NCBI GenBank assembly: GCA_951406725.2
Contig: OX597815.1
Location: 101,060,001 to 101,124,000 of the forward strand
Length of the DNA: 64,000 nt
Reading direction: 5' to 3'
Source of the DNA: Octopus vulgaris
Taxonomy: Eukaryota
The number at the start of each line of letters is the position of its first letter. The first letter of the stretch is position 1. Made by a program: the position numbers and the translations under genes. Positions 49,450 to 63,039 of this stretch are shown piece after piece. A model generated the notes under the pieces. It ran no database searches. It was not told the DNA's origin and was given only the letters and a program-made list of their open reading frames with translations.

Positions 49450-51345
49450 GTAAGTGATTAATAATATTACATACCTTTATATATGTGTATATCTCTTTTG
49501 TGAGCTGCTAGAATGGTTTGGATGGTACTAAGACAAAATCTTCCTCCAAACAAAATCCCCACTAGACAAAATTCCCTGGCAGTCAGTACCTCCTGGGATA
49601 TTGTGCTTTCTTTATCATCATCATTTAACGTCCGCTTTCCATGCTAGCATGGGTTGGACGTATGATTGAGGGCTGGCGAACCAGATGGCTGCACCAGGCT
49701 TCAATCTTGATTGGGCAGAGTTTCTACAGCTGGATGCCCTTCCTAACACCAACCACTCTGAGAGTGTAGTGGGTGCTTTTATGTTCCACTGGCACGAGGT
49801 CAGTCAGGCGGCACTGGCAACGACCTCACTCAAATCTTTTACACATGCCACTGGAGCGGGTGCCAGTAAGGCGATGCTGGTAACGATCATGCTCGAATAG
49901 TGTTTTTTACGTGCCACTGGCATGGAGGCCAGATAGCCGCTCTGGCAACGATCACGCTCGGATGGTGCTCTTTGCACCCCGCTAGCACGGATGCCAGTCA
50001 TCGAATTTGATTTTGATTTTTGATTTTTATAATAAAAATATTTTAGGAAACTGAAATTTTATAAAAAAATTAAAAATATTAGTTGATATTTTTTGTTTAA
50101 AATTTGTCCTGATACCGGTTTGGACAGGTTTGTGCTAGTACAACATCTTGCCACCTGTCACAGTTCTTCTGTATTACAAAGTAAACTGCTAGTTGTTGTG
50201 TCTATCATTTTTGTTGATTTGGTTCTTGTGGATGGATACCCTTCCAACATGAACTTGATATATTTGTATCATATTAGATCATCTGTTGCATATTCCTATT
50301 GAGAACTGTAGGTAATGTAGGATAAAGTGTTTTCCCTGCAAATCAGTGGCTTGATTTGAACCTTAGGCCTATTCCATTATTTACTTTTATTCTAAGTAGC
50401 TACCATATTAATGACATTAGCGTAAAATTCATGAATGGTTTGTTGGCCTGCAGTAATAAGTTCAACTTTCCTTCATGGCTATAGTGTTATTTTTCATTAG
50501 AAGGATCACTGGTTTGGAAACATCATCCTGTGGAATACTCAATTGTTCCAAAATTCAGTAGAATAATGAAGTGAGAGGTGAAAGAAGAAGACCCCCCCTT
50601 GTTATTAAGCTGTAGCCTTCATCTTTCCCAGTCATCAACAAACCTTAAGTTTTCCATTCTCTTCCCCTTTCATTTCTTGATTTTGCTCAAGTAGCTCATT
50701 TGTGGTCTTAAACTTTCAACCAAAGTTTGTTCATACATGACCATATTCTTGAGAAATAGTGTGTCATGGCATTGCTTTATAGGACTGAACCATCTAATTT
50801 TCTTCTTTTTAACAACTGACAGATGAGTAATTTGGTTACTTCTAAATAAACTCCCTAATTTTCATAGCAGTCTTTAGTAAAACGAGTAGAAGAAAAAGAA
50901 AATATTTCCTGGTTCTAATAGTCCCATAGTCTCATTGGAATTTAGAATTATAATTCTCTAGTAACCATCAGGCTGATAATGTTTTTTTATAAATGACACA
51001 GGGACACATTTTTGGGAAGAGAGAGGAAACAGGTGGTTTAATCAACCAAGTACTTTGACTGACGTTTAATTTATTGACCTATGAAATAAGTGGATGAAGT
51101 TATGGCTACAAGCATCTGTAAAGAAGTTTTCATTGCCACTTTGTGGTTTTGAATTCAATCTCACTGCACAGCTTCTTGTGCAAATGTCATCTATCATAGC
51201 CTTAGGTCAATCTAAGCCTTGTATCTGAAATTTGGTAGATGGAAACTATCTAGAAGCCTGTCAGAGGGACTGTTCCTATTCTTGGATAGCTGATTTAAAT
51301 CCATCACCCAGCTTAAAACCACAACTTGGCTCATGGGCAAACATT

Positions 51346-52313
51346 TGAGCCACTTCTCTGATCTGAGAATAACGTCTTCCCACCAGCTACTGAGGTACTA
51401 AAAGGGTCACTAATGTTGTTAACACCTTTAGTGTTTGAACTCAGTACTCAGAGACATAACCAAATACTGCAATGTGTTTAGGCCAATTGTTTATTAATCC
51501 TGCTAATTGATCAGTCTGATTAGTGGTATAATGATTTCACTGTATCAGTTTGTAGTTATTGGGTCATCCCATAAATAATGTGGTTTTTATATACTTCTTT
51601 TTTTTTTTTTCAAAATTAAGATAAACGAAATTCTTTTTTAATCTAAATTATACTCTCCTTCATTTTCTACAATGCTCTTCCGTGAGCCACTTCTCTGATC
51701 TGAGAATAACGTCTTCCCACCAGCTACTGAGGTACTAAAAGGGTCACTAATGTTGTTAACACCTTTAGTGTTTGAACTCAGTACTCAGAGACATAACCAA
51801 ATTACTGCAATGTGTTTAGGCCAATTGTTTATTAATCCTGCTAATTGATCAGTCTGATTAGTGGTATAATGATTTCACTGTATCAGTTTGTAGTTATTGG
51901 GTCATCCCATAAATAATGTGGTTTTTATATACTTCTTTTTTTTTTTCAAAATTAAGATAAACGAAATTCTTTTTTAATCTAAAATATACTCTCCTTCATT
52001 TTCTACAATGCTCTTCCGTGAGCCACTTCTCTGATCTGAGAATAACGTCTTCCCACCAGCTACTGAGGTACTAAAAGGGTCACTAATGTTGTTAACACCT
52101 TTAGTGTTTGAACTCAGTACTCAGAGACATAACCAAATACTGCAATGTGTTTAGGCCAATTGTTTATTAATCCTGCTAATTGATCAGTCTGATTAGTGGT
52201 ATAATGATTTCACTGTATCAGTTTGTAGTTATTGGGTCATCCCATAAATAATGTGGTTTTTATATACTTCTTTTTTTTTTCAAAATTAAGATAAACGAAA
52301 TTCTTTTTTAATC
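51346..52313. repeat. tandem triplication, ~337-bp unit spanning flank plus mariner end
   Basis: TGAGCCACTTCTCTGATCTGAG starts at 51346, 51683 and 52019; the units are nearly identical. Confidence 0.95.
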
Positions 52314-53434
52314 TATCTAGTACACTTGCAAGGCTCCTCTTCCAAAATTCACTTGTCTGTGATGAAAAATACTCCTCCAGTACTGTTCTGATCTCATCTA
52401 CAGAATTCATGTTTTTTCTGTCCAAATGATTTTGAAGACTGCAGAATAAATGGTAATTAGATGGGGCAATGTTTAGTGAATATGGTGGATGGGGCATTGT
52501 TTCCCATTCAAATTGCTCCAGCATTTGGAATATCATCCTTGCTGTATGTGGCCGAACATTATCCTGATAGAACACCTTTCATCTAGAAACCAAAGATGGT
52601 AGTTTTTCTTCTAGTGCTGACTTAAGCTGCTCGCAGTAGATCTTTGTTATTGTTTGGTTTGGGTTTAAAAGTTCAAAGTGGATTAAACCTTTCAAACATA
52701 TAACAATACGTGGGTGAAGACATCTAGCCTGGGATGCTGGCGTTTCTCCTTTCCCTACCTACTGACTTCGGTGCTTGACATTTTTTAAAGAGAACACATT
52801 TATTGTCACCAGCCACTGTGTGATCCAAAAAAGGTTCATTCATGAGATGTGACAGCAAAGAAGAGCACACATTCACTCTCTGTGCACAATTAGACTCGGA
52901 AAGTTTATGAGGAACCCACTGACCCAATTTGCCGAATTTTTCTGATGGCATGCAGATGTCAATGAATGGTTGAATGACCAAGTCTAAACTTTTCTGTTAG
53001 TTCCTCAACAGTTACGATAGGATTTTGTTCCGCCAGGGTTTACAGGATGTCCTCATCAAGGTCTACAGATCTTTCATGATGCGGCTCATCTAGGCTATAG
53101 TTTCTGGCTCAGAATTTCTGGAACCACTGACACAGGTTTATGCTTATTGTGTGATCCTCATATACTGCATTAATATTCCACACACTTTCCATTGCATTGT
53201 TGCCTTTATTGAACTCATAAAGCAAAATATGCTCCTTTGTCACTTCCATTATAGCTTTGAAAAAATAACTGTTAAAATTGAACTGCACTCTTCAAAACTT
53301 GCACTAAGAATAAGTACAAGATAAAATTACTACCTGCTTTTATAGCAAGTTGATGCAAGTAGTTTATCCCATCCCCCTCTAACTTTTAGTTCATGCAATT
53401 GAAAAAAACTGCATTATTTATGAGATGACCCAAT
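52230..53434 (-). mobile_element. decayed near-full-length mariner transposon
   Basis: TIRs TATTGGGTCATCCCATAAATAATG / CATTATTTATGAGATGACCCAATA. WVPHKL, QDNVRPH and HPPYSLNIAPSNYHLF motifs, with frameshifts. Confidence 0.92.
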
Positions 53435-53905
53435 ATATTACATATTTGTTGTCCAATAAGTTTACAAAATTTCCATCAGTAATTAAAAAATTCCACCTGT
53501 GAAAATTCAAACTTTGAAATGTTTTAAAAATCATTGTCATCATCATCATCATCATCATTTAACGTCCATTGTCCATGCTGGCATGGTTGGAATGCTGAAC
53601 CAGATTCCAGTCTGATTTGGCATGGTTTTCTATGGCTAGATGCCCTTCCTAACACCAAGCACTCTTAGAGTGTAATGGGTTCTTTTATGTGCCACTGGCA
53701 TCTGGCATGGGTGCCATTTATGTGACACTGGTATCTGCATTGACAGAGATTTTGTTCAGCTTGATGAGTCTTCTTTTCAAGTACGACATAATGCCAATGG
53801 TCTCAGTCATTACCTCTGTGAGGCCCAACACTGAAAAGTATAATGATTTGAATATGTATTGCAGTTGTTTGATATAATATATTGTTTTGTACTTTTTTTT
53901 CTTAG

Positions 53906-54051
53906 TGCTAAAGAATCTGAAACTAACAAAGAGAAATATTTTCATGTTGAAAAATCGATTGTTACATCATTTAGATCAACAGATAGTGCTTCTTTCTCAC
54001 TGTTGTCTTTGTTTGGTAAAACAAAAGTTTCTGAAGATCAGGAAAATGAAG
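53906..54051 (+). CDS. NOL8-C-like coding exon
   Basis: ttcttag|...|gtaggt, phase 2->1. ETNKEKYFHVEKSI...SFSLLSLFG (cf. NOL8 EVSKEMYYNI...FTFSFF). Confidence 0.82.
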
Positions 54052-55722
54052 GTAGGTACTTATTTTCAGTATCTTTTTCCTTTTTAATTTGAAATTGTGG
54101 AATACTTGATCATCTCTGTGACTGTGATGTCATATACAATTTACTTCTGTCCATTGTAAGTTCTGTCAGTGATATCACATTTCCACTCTTGTTTACTGTT
54201 TGCATCTGATTCTTTTCCTTACCATTCCTGTTAGTGTGTCACAACAGGAATTGTAAATATCTTAGCTTTAACCAATCAGTGAAGTAAAGCAGCCAGTAGA
54301 TTCTATTAGCCTGTTGTGGATAAAATAATCTTCTTTCCAGATCAGCTAATTTTTTTTATAGCTTGACTGTTGGAGGGGCAGTACTCATAACCTCTTTTTG
54401 CAGGATCTAGGAAACTGTTGAGAGAAAGGACGTTATCGTCAAATTCAAGATGTGACTTAATGCTTGTAATAGAGCAAACTCTGTTAAAGGAATCCATGGG
54501 CCAGTGAGTAATGTTAAACTGAGTGATGGATTAAGTCTACTGCTGAAAAACAGGATGGGCTTCCAAACAGTTTCCATTTACGAAATATCACCCACAAAAT
54601 TTTGATCAGCCTAAAGCTATGGTAAAAGACACTTGTCCAAAGTGCTGTGCAGACAAATGAAACCTGAAATCTCATGGGCTACAAAGTGAACATCTAAACT
54701 ACACAACCACACCTTCATTATGCTCTCTTATATTTCAATAGTCATTGTACTTGCTGTTCCTTCTGATACTGAGAGCTGTAAGAGCAACTGAAAGTTTTTC
54801 TTAATCTACAATGGGTATTGATATAGACAAAATATTTGTATCCATCCCACACCATGAGCAGGCATTTTTGTAGACACTTGACCCTCTCTATATAGTCGCT
54901 GTATTTTCCATAACGTATCTACCTTTAAAATGGAACTTTTGTTTAAATCATAAGTTGACATACTTCAAACTAAAAGAAGTCTTTCAAACAGTTACATCTG
55001 TTATAGCTCTGTTGATAATACTCAGTATCAGTATGAAATATCACATTAACTGGATAGTTATATGTCTCTCTGAGCAGACAATCAGTAGCATTATTTTGGC
55101 AGTGTCAATGCAGAATGTGAAAGACTGGACAACAGTTTGGATCTATAATATTGTAAGCTGTAATATTATTATATACATTTAACGTAATATTAGGGATAAA
55201 CTGATATCTTGCTTCAAGTTAAACTGACATAATTTGATGATGAACTCAGGTAGAAACTGACATTAAAACAATGGTGGTAGAGATGCCCATGAGGTTATTC
55301 CAGGATCTCAGAGGCTGATAAGAAGAAGGGAGGAAGTTATCTTCCTTTTACTGATTTTTCTTCATGTGTTACTGTAATATATAATATATATATGCTTGTC
55401 TTATTCTCTTACTCAATAATTTCATGACTGCTTCTGTTACAGTTTGGGACAAGAATTATGTCCCTTAGTTGAATTGAGTGTCTCTTCAGCAGTTGCCGAT
55501 CTACTATAAGTAACAGTCAAAGTTCTTCATCATACCCTACTGCCTTAATATAAGGAAAAATTAATTAGATAATGTAATCCTACATACCTCTAAAACAACA
55601 AGATGGTCTTTTGAGTGTAGGTAACAACTTAATATACTAGAATAATCACCATTTCCCAACCACACAGTCAGTTTTGATTATATTTACAACATGGCATCTC
55701 CTCTCTGTTCTGTTTCAATTAG

Positions 55723-55825
55723 ATGAACCAATCGAAACTAGGGAACAATATGAATCTTCCGATGAAGGAAGTAGTAGTGAAGAATGTGATGAAACAAAAG
55801 TCAGAGATCAACAACACAAAAACAA
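55723..55825 (+). CDS. NOL8-C-like coding exon (acidic)
   Basis: caattag|...|gtatgt, phase 1->2. QYESSDEGSSSEE (cf. LQDSSSEEED). Confidence 0.82.
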
Positions 55826-56321
55826 GTATGTAAATTTTATTGTTTTCCATTCAGATTTTGGGTTCAGACATTGCTATGTAGTTAAGAAGTCATGGGCATC
55901 TTCTGCCATAACCTTGTAAGTAAAATTTAATTGACAAAAACCATGTAGAAGCCTGCTGATGTGTATATAACAGTTTTCACACCACACTGATATATGCGTG
56001 TGCATGTGTGTGTAGTTAGAACTGGTACAATTGAGTGGAAATACATATGAGTTATCTCTCCTTATACCACTCTCTATTTTGTAGCTTATGAGATAAATAG
56101 CAGACAAAATTGTGTGGTTGAAATTATTGACTAAAAACATGTAGGCATTGCCCCAGCAAGGCTACAATTCAGTGACTGAAACCAGCTAGCATTGGTCAGT
56201 TTTCCCAGGATTATTGCAGAAAACACTTCTCCTAGTTGCTGCACAGTGGGAGTTAATCCAAAACCACATGGTTACACAACAGTTTTAACTGCACAGTCAT
56301 TATATATTCATATGTTCATGT

Positions 56322-56389
<68 letters not shown>

Positions 56390-56414
56390 AATTGTAAAGC
56401 TTGAAATATTGTGT

Positions 56415-57265
56415 TGCATCAAAAGTTTTGCAATATTTTGGTTACTTATTTGTTTTATTCAAGTTACACCAAAAGCAGCTGAGCATTCAAAGTAGAAGCC
56501 ATTGTATTGCATTGTCTGAAGTCACCTTTCTGTCAGTTCTTTGATCCCACACTGATACATGTTCTTATCTTTTGAGGGGAAGAACTTCTTCACTGAAGCT
56601 TCAACCTCCTCTAGATTGATGAAACACCATGAGCACAGAAAGTGAGCCATGGATCAGAACAAATAAGAATAATGTCCATACTACACGCTGGGTGTGGCAT
56701 CAGGTCAATTCTCTCAAATTTCCTGGAGTTTATTCTGGGTTCAAGTGGTGTAAAGTCTTATGTCATCTTGCAGCAGAAGAGCTTGCATTCTGGATATTTT
56801 TGCTGTACAATGGCATACATTCATGAAATGCTGAACTTATCTGATACTCTCCGAGTGCCAGTCACTAGATTTGCACCTATGCTTTGTGCACAGCTTCAGA
56901 ATGTATGGTTTTTAGGCCTACTTAACCTTGCCTGATCAATAAGGTTCTTGCAACTCAAGCTAAATTTCTTGAACCATCTGGTTCCTCTGCTGTGATCAGC
57001 TGTGTTTTCATTTTTCACACAACAAATGTTTTGGTTGTTTCTGTGACATTATTGTCTAGTTTAGTCTGATAAAGCATAAGCTCCTGAATTAGACTACATT
57101 GCCCATTCATCTGTGCAATTCCCACATGGAGTAAAGCAATGCACAATATATCAGCACACAAACTACTCTGATTCTACCAACTTCATGAGTACCTTCCATG
57201 GCTTGAATTGCTTCAGTTATGTGATATACATGCCACAAACTAGCATGTATGCAGATACTTTTGAC
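56415..57265 (-). mobile_element. very degraded mariner-like remnant
   Basis: Weak TIR-like ends and patchy transposase-like text; no long ORF. Confidence 0.4.
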
Positions 57266-57464
57266 TCGTCTCAGTAAATATTTTGTAATATTAACCAATA
57301 ATTTAGTAGTTCCTGCTATTTAGAAGTTGTGACAGTAAAGTACAGAAAGTTGGGATAGAAGTTCCATCTTGCTTAAAACAAAATCCTGTTTTGTTAGCAA
57401 GACATCAAACTGCTGTCATCCTTGCCATTGTCTTCATAGAAATATTTATTTCCAACCCTTGCAG

Positions 57465-57562
57465 AGCTGCTGTCACAGATCACAGAACACCGATGACGAA
57501 GACGTTTATGCCACCACCAGACAGAAAGTTTTTCTTTATCAATGATGATCCTAGATTGTCTG
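57465..57562 (+). CDS. NOL8-C-like coding exon
   Basis: cttgcag|...|gtaagt, phase 2->1. RKFFFINDDPRLS (cf. RFFFFSKNDERLQ). Confidence 0.85.
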
Positions 57563-58344
57563 GTAAGTGGGACCATTGCTTTATCTGTCAACTTCTGTTG
57601 TCATTAATATCATTTCCCCCTCTTACTATTGTTACTTCAATATCACTTCTTCCTCTGCAATCCTACCTCTCTCTCATGCTCTCTTTCTCATACACTTTCT
57701 CCAAATTTTTCTTATTTCTGTCTTTCTTTTTTTCTTTTCGTCCATTTTCTCCCTTTTCCTTCCTCATTTATTTTTCTCTTTGAAATGGTGGTGTGTATGG
57801 TGCTAAGCAAAATATATGACCTATTTAGTTATGTCCCTTCAATTTCTCAGCCACCAGGTCAGCAAAATGAATATCAGTAATCGGTTTACTTGACTCTAAC
57901 CAGCTGTGAATGCCCAACTCCTAAAGCTATTCAGTAATGTTTGGGAGAATGAATGCTTGGCTCATACTTGGAGAGTATCAAATACAACCAAACATGACTT
58001 TGCTTGTCATCTTTTGGGGTCAGTAAATTAAGTGCTAGTTGAGTACTGGGGTCAATGTAATTGACTAGTCCCTTTTTCACAAATTTGAGGCCTTGTGCCT
58101 CTAGTAGAAAGGATTATTATTAAGGTGGCAAGCTCGCAGAATCAGTAGCATGCTGGGCAAAGTGCTTAGTGATATTTCATCTGTCTTCACATTCTGAGTT
58201 CAAATACCACTGAGGTCGACTTTGCCTTTCATCCTTTCAGGGTCAATAAAATGAGTACTAGTCAAGCACTGGGGTCATTGTAATTGACTAGCCCCTTCTC
58301 CCAAAATATCAGGCCTTGTGCCCATAGTAGAAAGGATTATTATT

Positions 58345-58605
58345 ATATGTTTGACTTTTGCTTTGTATTTGTACAAGTTGACTCCAAGTATCACCCAGAG
58401 ACCTCAAGAGACAACAAGTTAGAAGTTCATGTTGATGTTATACCTAGGGTGTCAGCTGTTTGGTTTTGCACATAGTATTGTTCTAGAGAATGTTTAAGAA
58501 AACATAAGAAAATTGTGAGTTTGTTTTAAAATTTGAGATTACATAGACAGTATTTTATGTAGGATATGGGCAGTTTCTATGGGATTGTTATTATTATTAT
58601 TATCA

Positions 58606-58637
<32 letters not shown>

Positions 58638-59205
58638 GAGTGAGAGAGCAGTGCATGCCATCAAAGTGACACTGGGGTAAAAAAAAAAAAAAAACCAAGC
58701 CCAGTATACTCATCATGACTACCTGTCTGACAAGGGTACACCAAGCACATGCATCACAACCATATATGTATGCGACATGGTGATCTCATATCAAGATAAA
58801 CAGTGCATGACCTTGCAGGTGGGGCCCAGTTAGAATTTTCTTCAGGTCGAGTCACCCATCACGCACAAAAGGTCCCTGAATAAGGTTTGTTTAAGGCTGA
58901 TGAATGAAACACCCATGTTTTCAAGGGTGAATTATCCAAACCCCAAAGAATTCCTCTCAACATATGGCTATGATGCTCCCCCTCTACTTCTGCTCGTGAT
59001 CAGAGATGCACATATCATCAGCCACCAAAGGACATGCTCAACTGGTTAAGGTCAGGCAACTGACAAGCAAATCTGTGGTATTGAGCAAAATATTTGCTGT
59101 AGCCCATCTTTTATACCAAGACAAAACAATATACATGAAAACACTTCCAATCAGTTAAGATCAGAAGCCATGAGAGCCACTGCCTGGTACTGCATCAGGG
59201 CATTT
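58345..59205 (-). mobile_element. R4/Dong-like LINE 3' end(s) within (TAA)n tracts
   Basis: Minus-strand ETAHILHKILSM* near 58545-58585 (cf. GTAHILRKVL). A second block, 58640-59205, is bounded by (TAT)n on both sides. Confidence 0.55.
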
Positions 59206-59289
59206 ATTATTATTATTATTATTATTATCATTAAGAAGTGCAAAGCTATATTCTTGTACTGACATTAGTGATCTTACAATATGAACAAA

Positions 59290-59642
59290 ATACATGTACT
59301 ATGTTTAGAACTATACAGATGCTCTACCGATACATTGGTGCTATATTATGCACAGAAATATATAGATACTTTGTAAAAAATATATGTAGGTGTATTACTG
59401 TATACAAAATATATAGATGCTATATTATGTGCAGAAATATATAGGTGAATTACTATACACATGAATATATAGGTACTATACTTTATACAGAAATATAGAG
59501 GTAATATACTATGTACAGAAATATATAGGTAATTACTGTTTTTGGAAACATATAAGTGTATTATTATGTGCAGAAATAAAAGTATTCTACATGATACAGA
59601 AATATATAGCTGCTATATTATGTACAAATGTATAGGTGCTCT
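59290..59642. repeat. degenerate ~31-bp minisatellite
   Basis: Recurrent TATATTATGT(A/G)CAGAAATATATAGGT units. Confidence 0.8.
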
Positions 59643-59950
59643 GTGTGTGAGTATATATATATATATAAGCTAAAAAGCTAGTGCTAAAATCTCTCTAAGA
59701 GATGATCGCAGTAGTTGTATTAGCAAGTAATGTTTGTAGCCACTTCAAAATGGCTGTTCTGTTTGAATGGACTTTTAGGCAACTTTTTAACCCGCAAGAG
59801 CTACATCTGATATATTGCAAGCAAGGGAATGAGCCCCACCAACTTCTAGTGATGGGACCAGCATACCAGTCTGGTTTCAAGCTATTTCTGTCTCTCTTCA
59901 GTACTGGACACCTCGTCTTCTAGAGATAAAATCTTTATTATGATCAAACT

Positions 59951-60334
59951 AGGCACAGGAGTGGCTGTGTGATAAGTAGCTTGCTTACCAACCACACGGT
60001 TCCGGGTTCAGTCCCACTGCGTGGCACCTTGGGAAAGTGTCTTCTACTATAACCTCGGGCCGACCAAAGCCTTGTGAGTGGATTTGGTAGATGGAAACTG
60101 AAAGAAGCCTGTCGTATATATATGTATATGTGTGTGTGTTTGTCCCCCCAACATCACTTGACAACCGATGCTGGTATTTTTACGTCCCCGTTACTTAGTG
60201 GTTCGGCAAAAGAGACCGATAGAATAAGTACTAGGTTTACAAAGAATAAGTCCTGGGGTCGATTTGCTTGACTATAAAAAGGCGGTACTCCAGCATGGCC
60301 GCAGTCAAATGACTGAAACAAGTAAAAGAGTAAA
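59951..60334 (+). mobile_element. near full-length tRNA-derived SINE
   Basis: A-box TGGCTGTGTGATAAG, B-box GGTTCAGTCCC, CORE-like GGCACCTTGGGAAAGTGTCTT, internal (TA/TG)n and AAAAGAGT tail. Tail fragments also occur at 37271 and 45889. Confidence 0.85.
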
Positions 60335-60339
60335 CTGAT

Positions 60340-62278
60340 CACACATAGAAAAGGACATAACAAGACAAACAAATACAAAAATGTTATATGAGTTAGAATG
60401 AAACTTTTAAAAATTTAATTATAATGAGAAATAAACGAATAATTGGCTTACTTTTGCCTTTAAAATAAGAACTTTCGTGTTTTTTTTTTAATTAAAACTA
60501 GAGATCAGAACAGTAGGTTCAAAAAATGAACCCGGCAGCCTATAATGTCCAGCAACTAGTTTTTTCGTTCTTCAATGATTAACCTAACTTAATCATCGAA
60601 GAAAGAAAACAAATATACTTATGGTTGTAAGAGGGAACATGGCAGTTTTTGTCTGCCTGCTTCCCCAATACTTCCTTTCCACTCCTCCTCTCCGACTTTG
60701 GCATAACGAATGTCAGACTCTTTGTCTGTCACTTTAAAAAATTTAATACATTGGTTTGCTTTAATAAAGCGTAACACCTTTTCATTTTTAACTTTAAAAG
60801 CAACAATCCTGTTAGTTTTTTTTAAACCTTTTAGTGTTGAAGGATGGGGTATGTTGAAATGCTGTCCTATAATTGTAGTGCCAGCTGGGTGGGATTGGGG
60901 AATTTTTTGGCGTTGTTCGTTGGTGTTTGTAGTTTTTCTTTTTGTTTGGGGAGGGGAGTTCGGGGTGCTTTCTTTTTTTCCATTTGTAGGTAACTGTTGT
61001 GTAATCCATATCTACTTGTTCATTTTCTTTTGTTTGTTTTTTTCTTCCTTTTGTTCTTCATTCTTATTTTCATTTTGTTTCTTTCCATCCTTCTGTTTTT
61101 CGTTTTGCTTTTTTTCGTTATTTTCTTTTGTTAGTGCTGCATTCTCCTGTTTCTTTTTCTCTGTATTTTTCTCTACATTTTGGGGAGGGACCTCAACTGT
61201 TTTTTTCTTCATGCAGGTAGAGTGAACATGGCCCTTCTGCCTGCACTTAAAACACCTGAGCCTACGTCCCTCCATTGGCACACAAATTGTATGCCCCTCC
61301 CCCACAAAAAGACTCTATCGGGCAAATTTTCTAGTGTTTGGTTATCTGCTTGTATGATCATTTCCAGCGTTTGTCCTCTCCAGTTTGTTGGTTCCTTTTT
61401 CCTCATGCTCAGGATTGTTAGTTTCCCTTCGATGTCAAATATTACTGCTGCCACTATCCACATGACTTAGTAACCAACAGGTATCTCCTCAACCATCACT
61501 TTCGCCATTCGACGACCCAAATACGTTGGCAGCAACATAATCTCTTCGCTCTTCAATGTTTGAGTCAAAATTTCTTTTGCTACATTAGCTGACTCAAATG
61601 TGCTTCTATTGTGGCACTTCTTACACCTCGGCTAATGTCGCGAATCTTGTTCCATACCGGTGCTATGCACCATCTGATGACTTCATTTTTTACTTCGGTG
61701 ATTCTTTCCTCCTTTATACTGTAAACTTTGTAGATGACAGTTTTTTCATGAATCACCTGAACAGTTTCCTGGGGCAGTATTAACTTAGTTTCTTCTCCGG
61801 TTTTTTCAATTAATTTTCTGAACTGGAAGAGCTTGTCCATGGCTACTTCCAGTTCGATGACATTGGCACCTACAGTGGCTGAAAAACTTTGTTTTTCCTG
61901 GGTGTCCTTTTTATTTTCGTTGTTGTTTTTACTTCCTCCCATCTCGGGAAAATCATTATTGGACATGAGGCCATACTCCATAATTTAGAACTTGTCTCAA
62001 AAGACAAGAGAACCATGTCACAAATGACAAGAGAAAAAATTTTCAAAAATAACCTATAAAGGTTTGCAGTTCACAAAAATTCAGAAATTTTCTGCCCCAT
62101 AGGGCGAAAATTACTGTTTGTCAAAAGACAACAGTTCAAATCAAAGTACAGAATACAATACAAAAAGCACAGACAAAAACGAACTCACATAACGATTGGG
62201 TAGCAAATGAAAATATTGACGCGTAACTGAGGAAAAAACCGAGTCTGCGAGAGATTGCAGCAGCTTGCCTCTACTTGA
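60340..62278 (-). mobile_element. decayed gag/ORF1-like element with CCHC zinc knuckle
   Basis: Broken ORF 61981->61012 containing RCFKCRQKGHVHSTC (CX2CX4HX4C). No RT seen. Confidence 0.7.
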
Positions 62279-62655
62279 TATATATATAAATTCAAGTGAC
62301 ACATAGTTGCTGATTTTGCTACAAGCTAAAAAGCTAGTTCTAAAATCTCTCTAAGAGATGATCACAGTTGTTGTATTAGCATGAAATGTTTGTAGCCATT
62401 TCAACATGGCTGTTCTGTTCGAATGGACTTTACTGCAATTTTTTAACCCCAAGAGGCCATCCCCTCTAGCTGGTTAACAATGCACAGCTGCATCCGATAT
62501 ATTGCAAGCAAGGGAAAAAGTCCTTACCAACTTCAAGTGATGGGACCAGCATACCAGTTTGGTTTCAAGATATTTCTGCCTTTCTTCAGTACTGGACACT
62601 TCATCTGTTAGAGATGGCAGTATATATATATATATAGATATATATATATATTTAT

Positions 62656-63039
62656 GCTTAATGGTCAAGCACTGGACGTGTAATCACAGGGATGTGAGTT
62701 CGAGTCTCATGGCGGGCTGCCAACAGATTTTTCTACAAAATATGGATAGGTTATCCTGTTCATGCTATATTATTAGCATTATCCTACGTTTGAGAATAAG
62801 ATTATTTCCTTATCTGTATCTTTCAATACATCTCAACATTTCTAAAGCAAAGTTTGTTTGTTGACTTTCAACATACAATAGTGTCTTATAAAGCTAGATT
62901 TATATATCCTAAATTTGCAGAAAAATTTGTCGTTGGGTCAGTTTAGCTTAATGGTAAAGCACTGGACACATAATCATAGGGATGTGAGTTCGAGTCTCAT
63001 TGGCTGGCTGCCAACAGATTTTTCTTTAAAATATGGATA
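62656..63039 (+). pseudogene. two tRNA-like pseudogene/SINE heads (62656-62748, 62935-63039)
   Basis: GCTTAATGGT.AAGC D-arm and GTGAG-TTCGAGT-CTCAT T-arm. Anticodon and acceptor stems are defective. Confidence 0.6.

Noticed and set aside
58897-58912. CTGATGAATGAAAC as a hammerhead
   Set aside because: There is no room for stem II between the boxes and no stem I pairing.
60710-61225. Phe-rich 171-aa 'membrane protein' ORF
   Set aside because: It is the antisense shadow of the A-rich K/E tail of the zinc-knuckle element.
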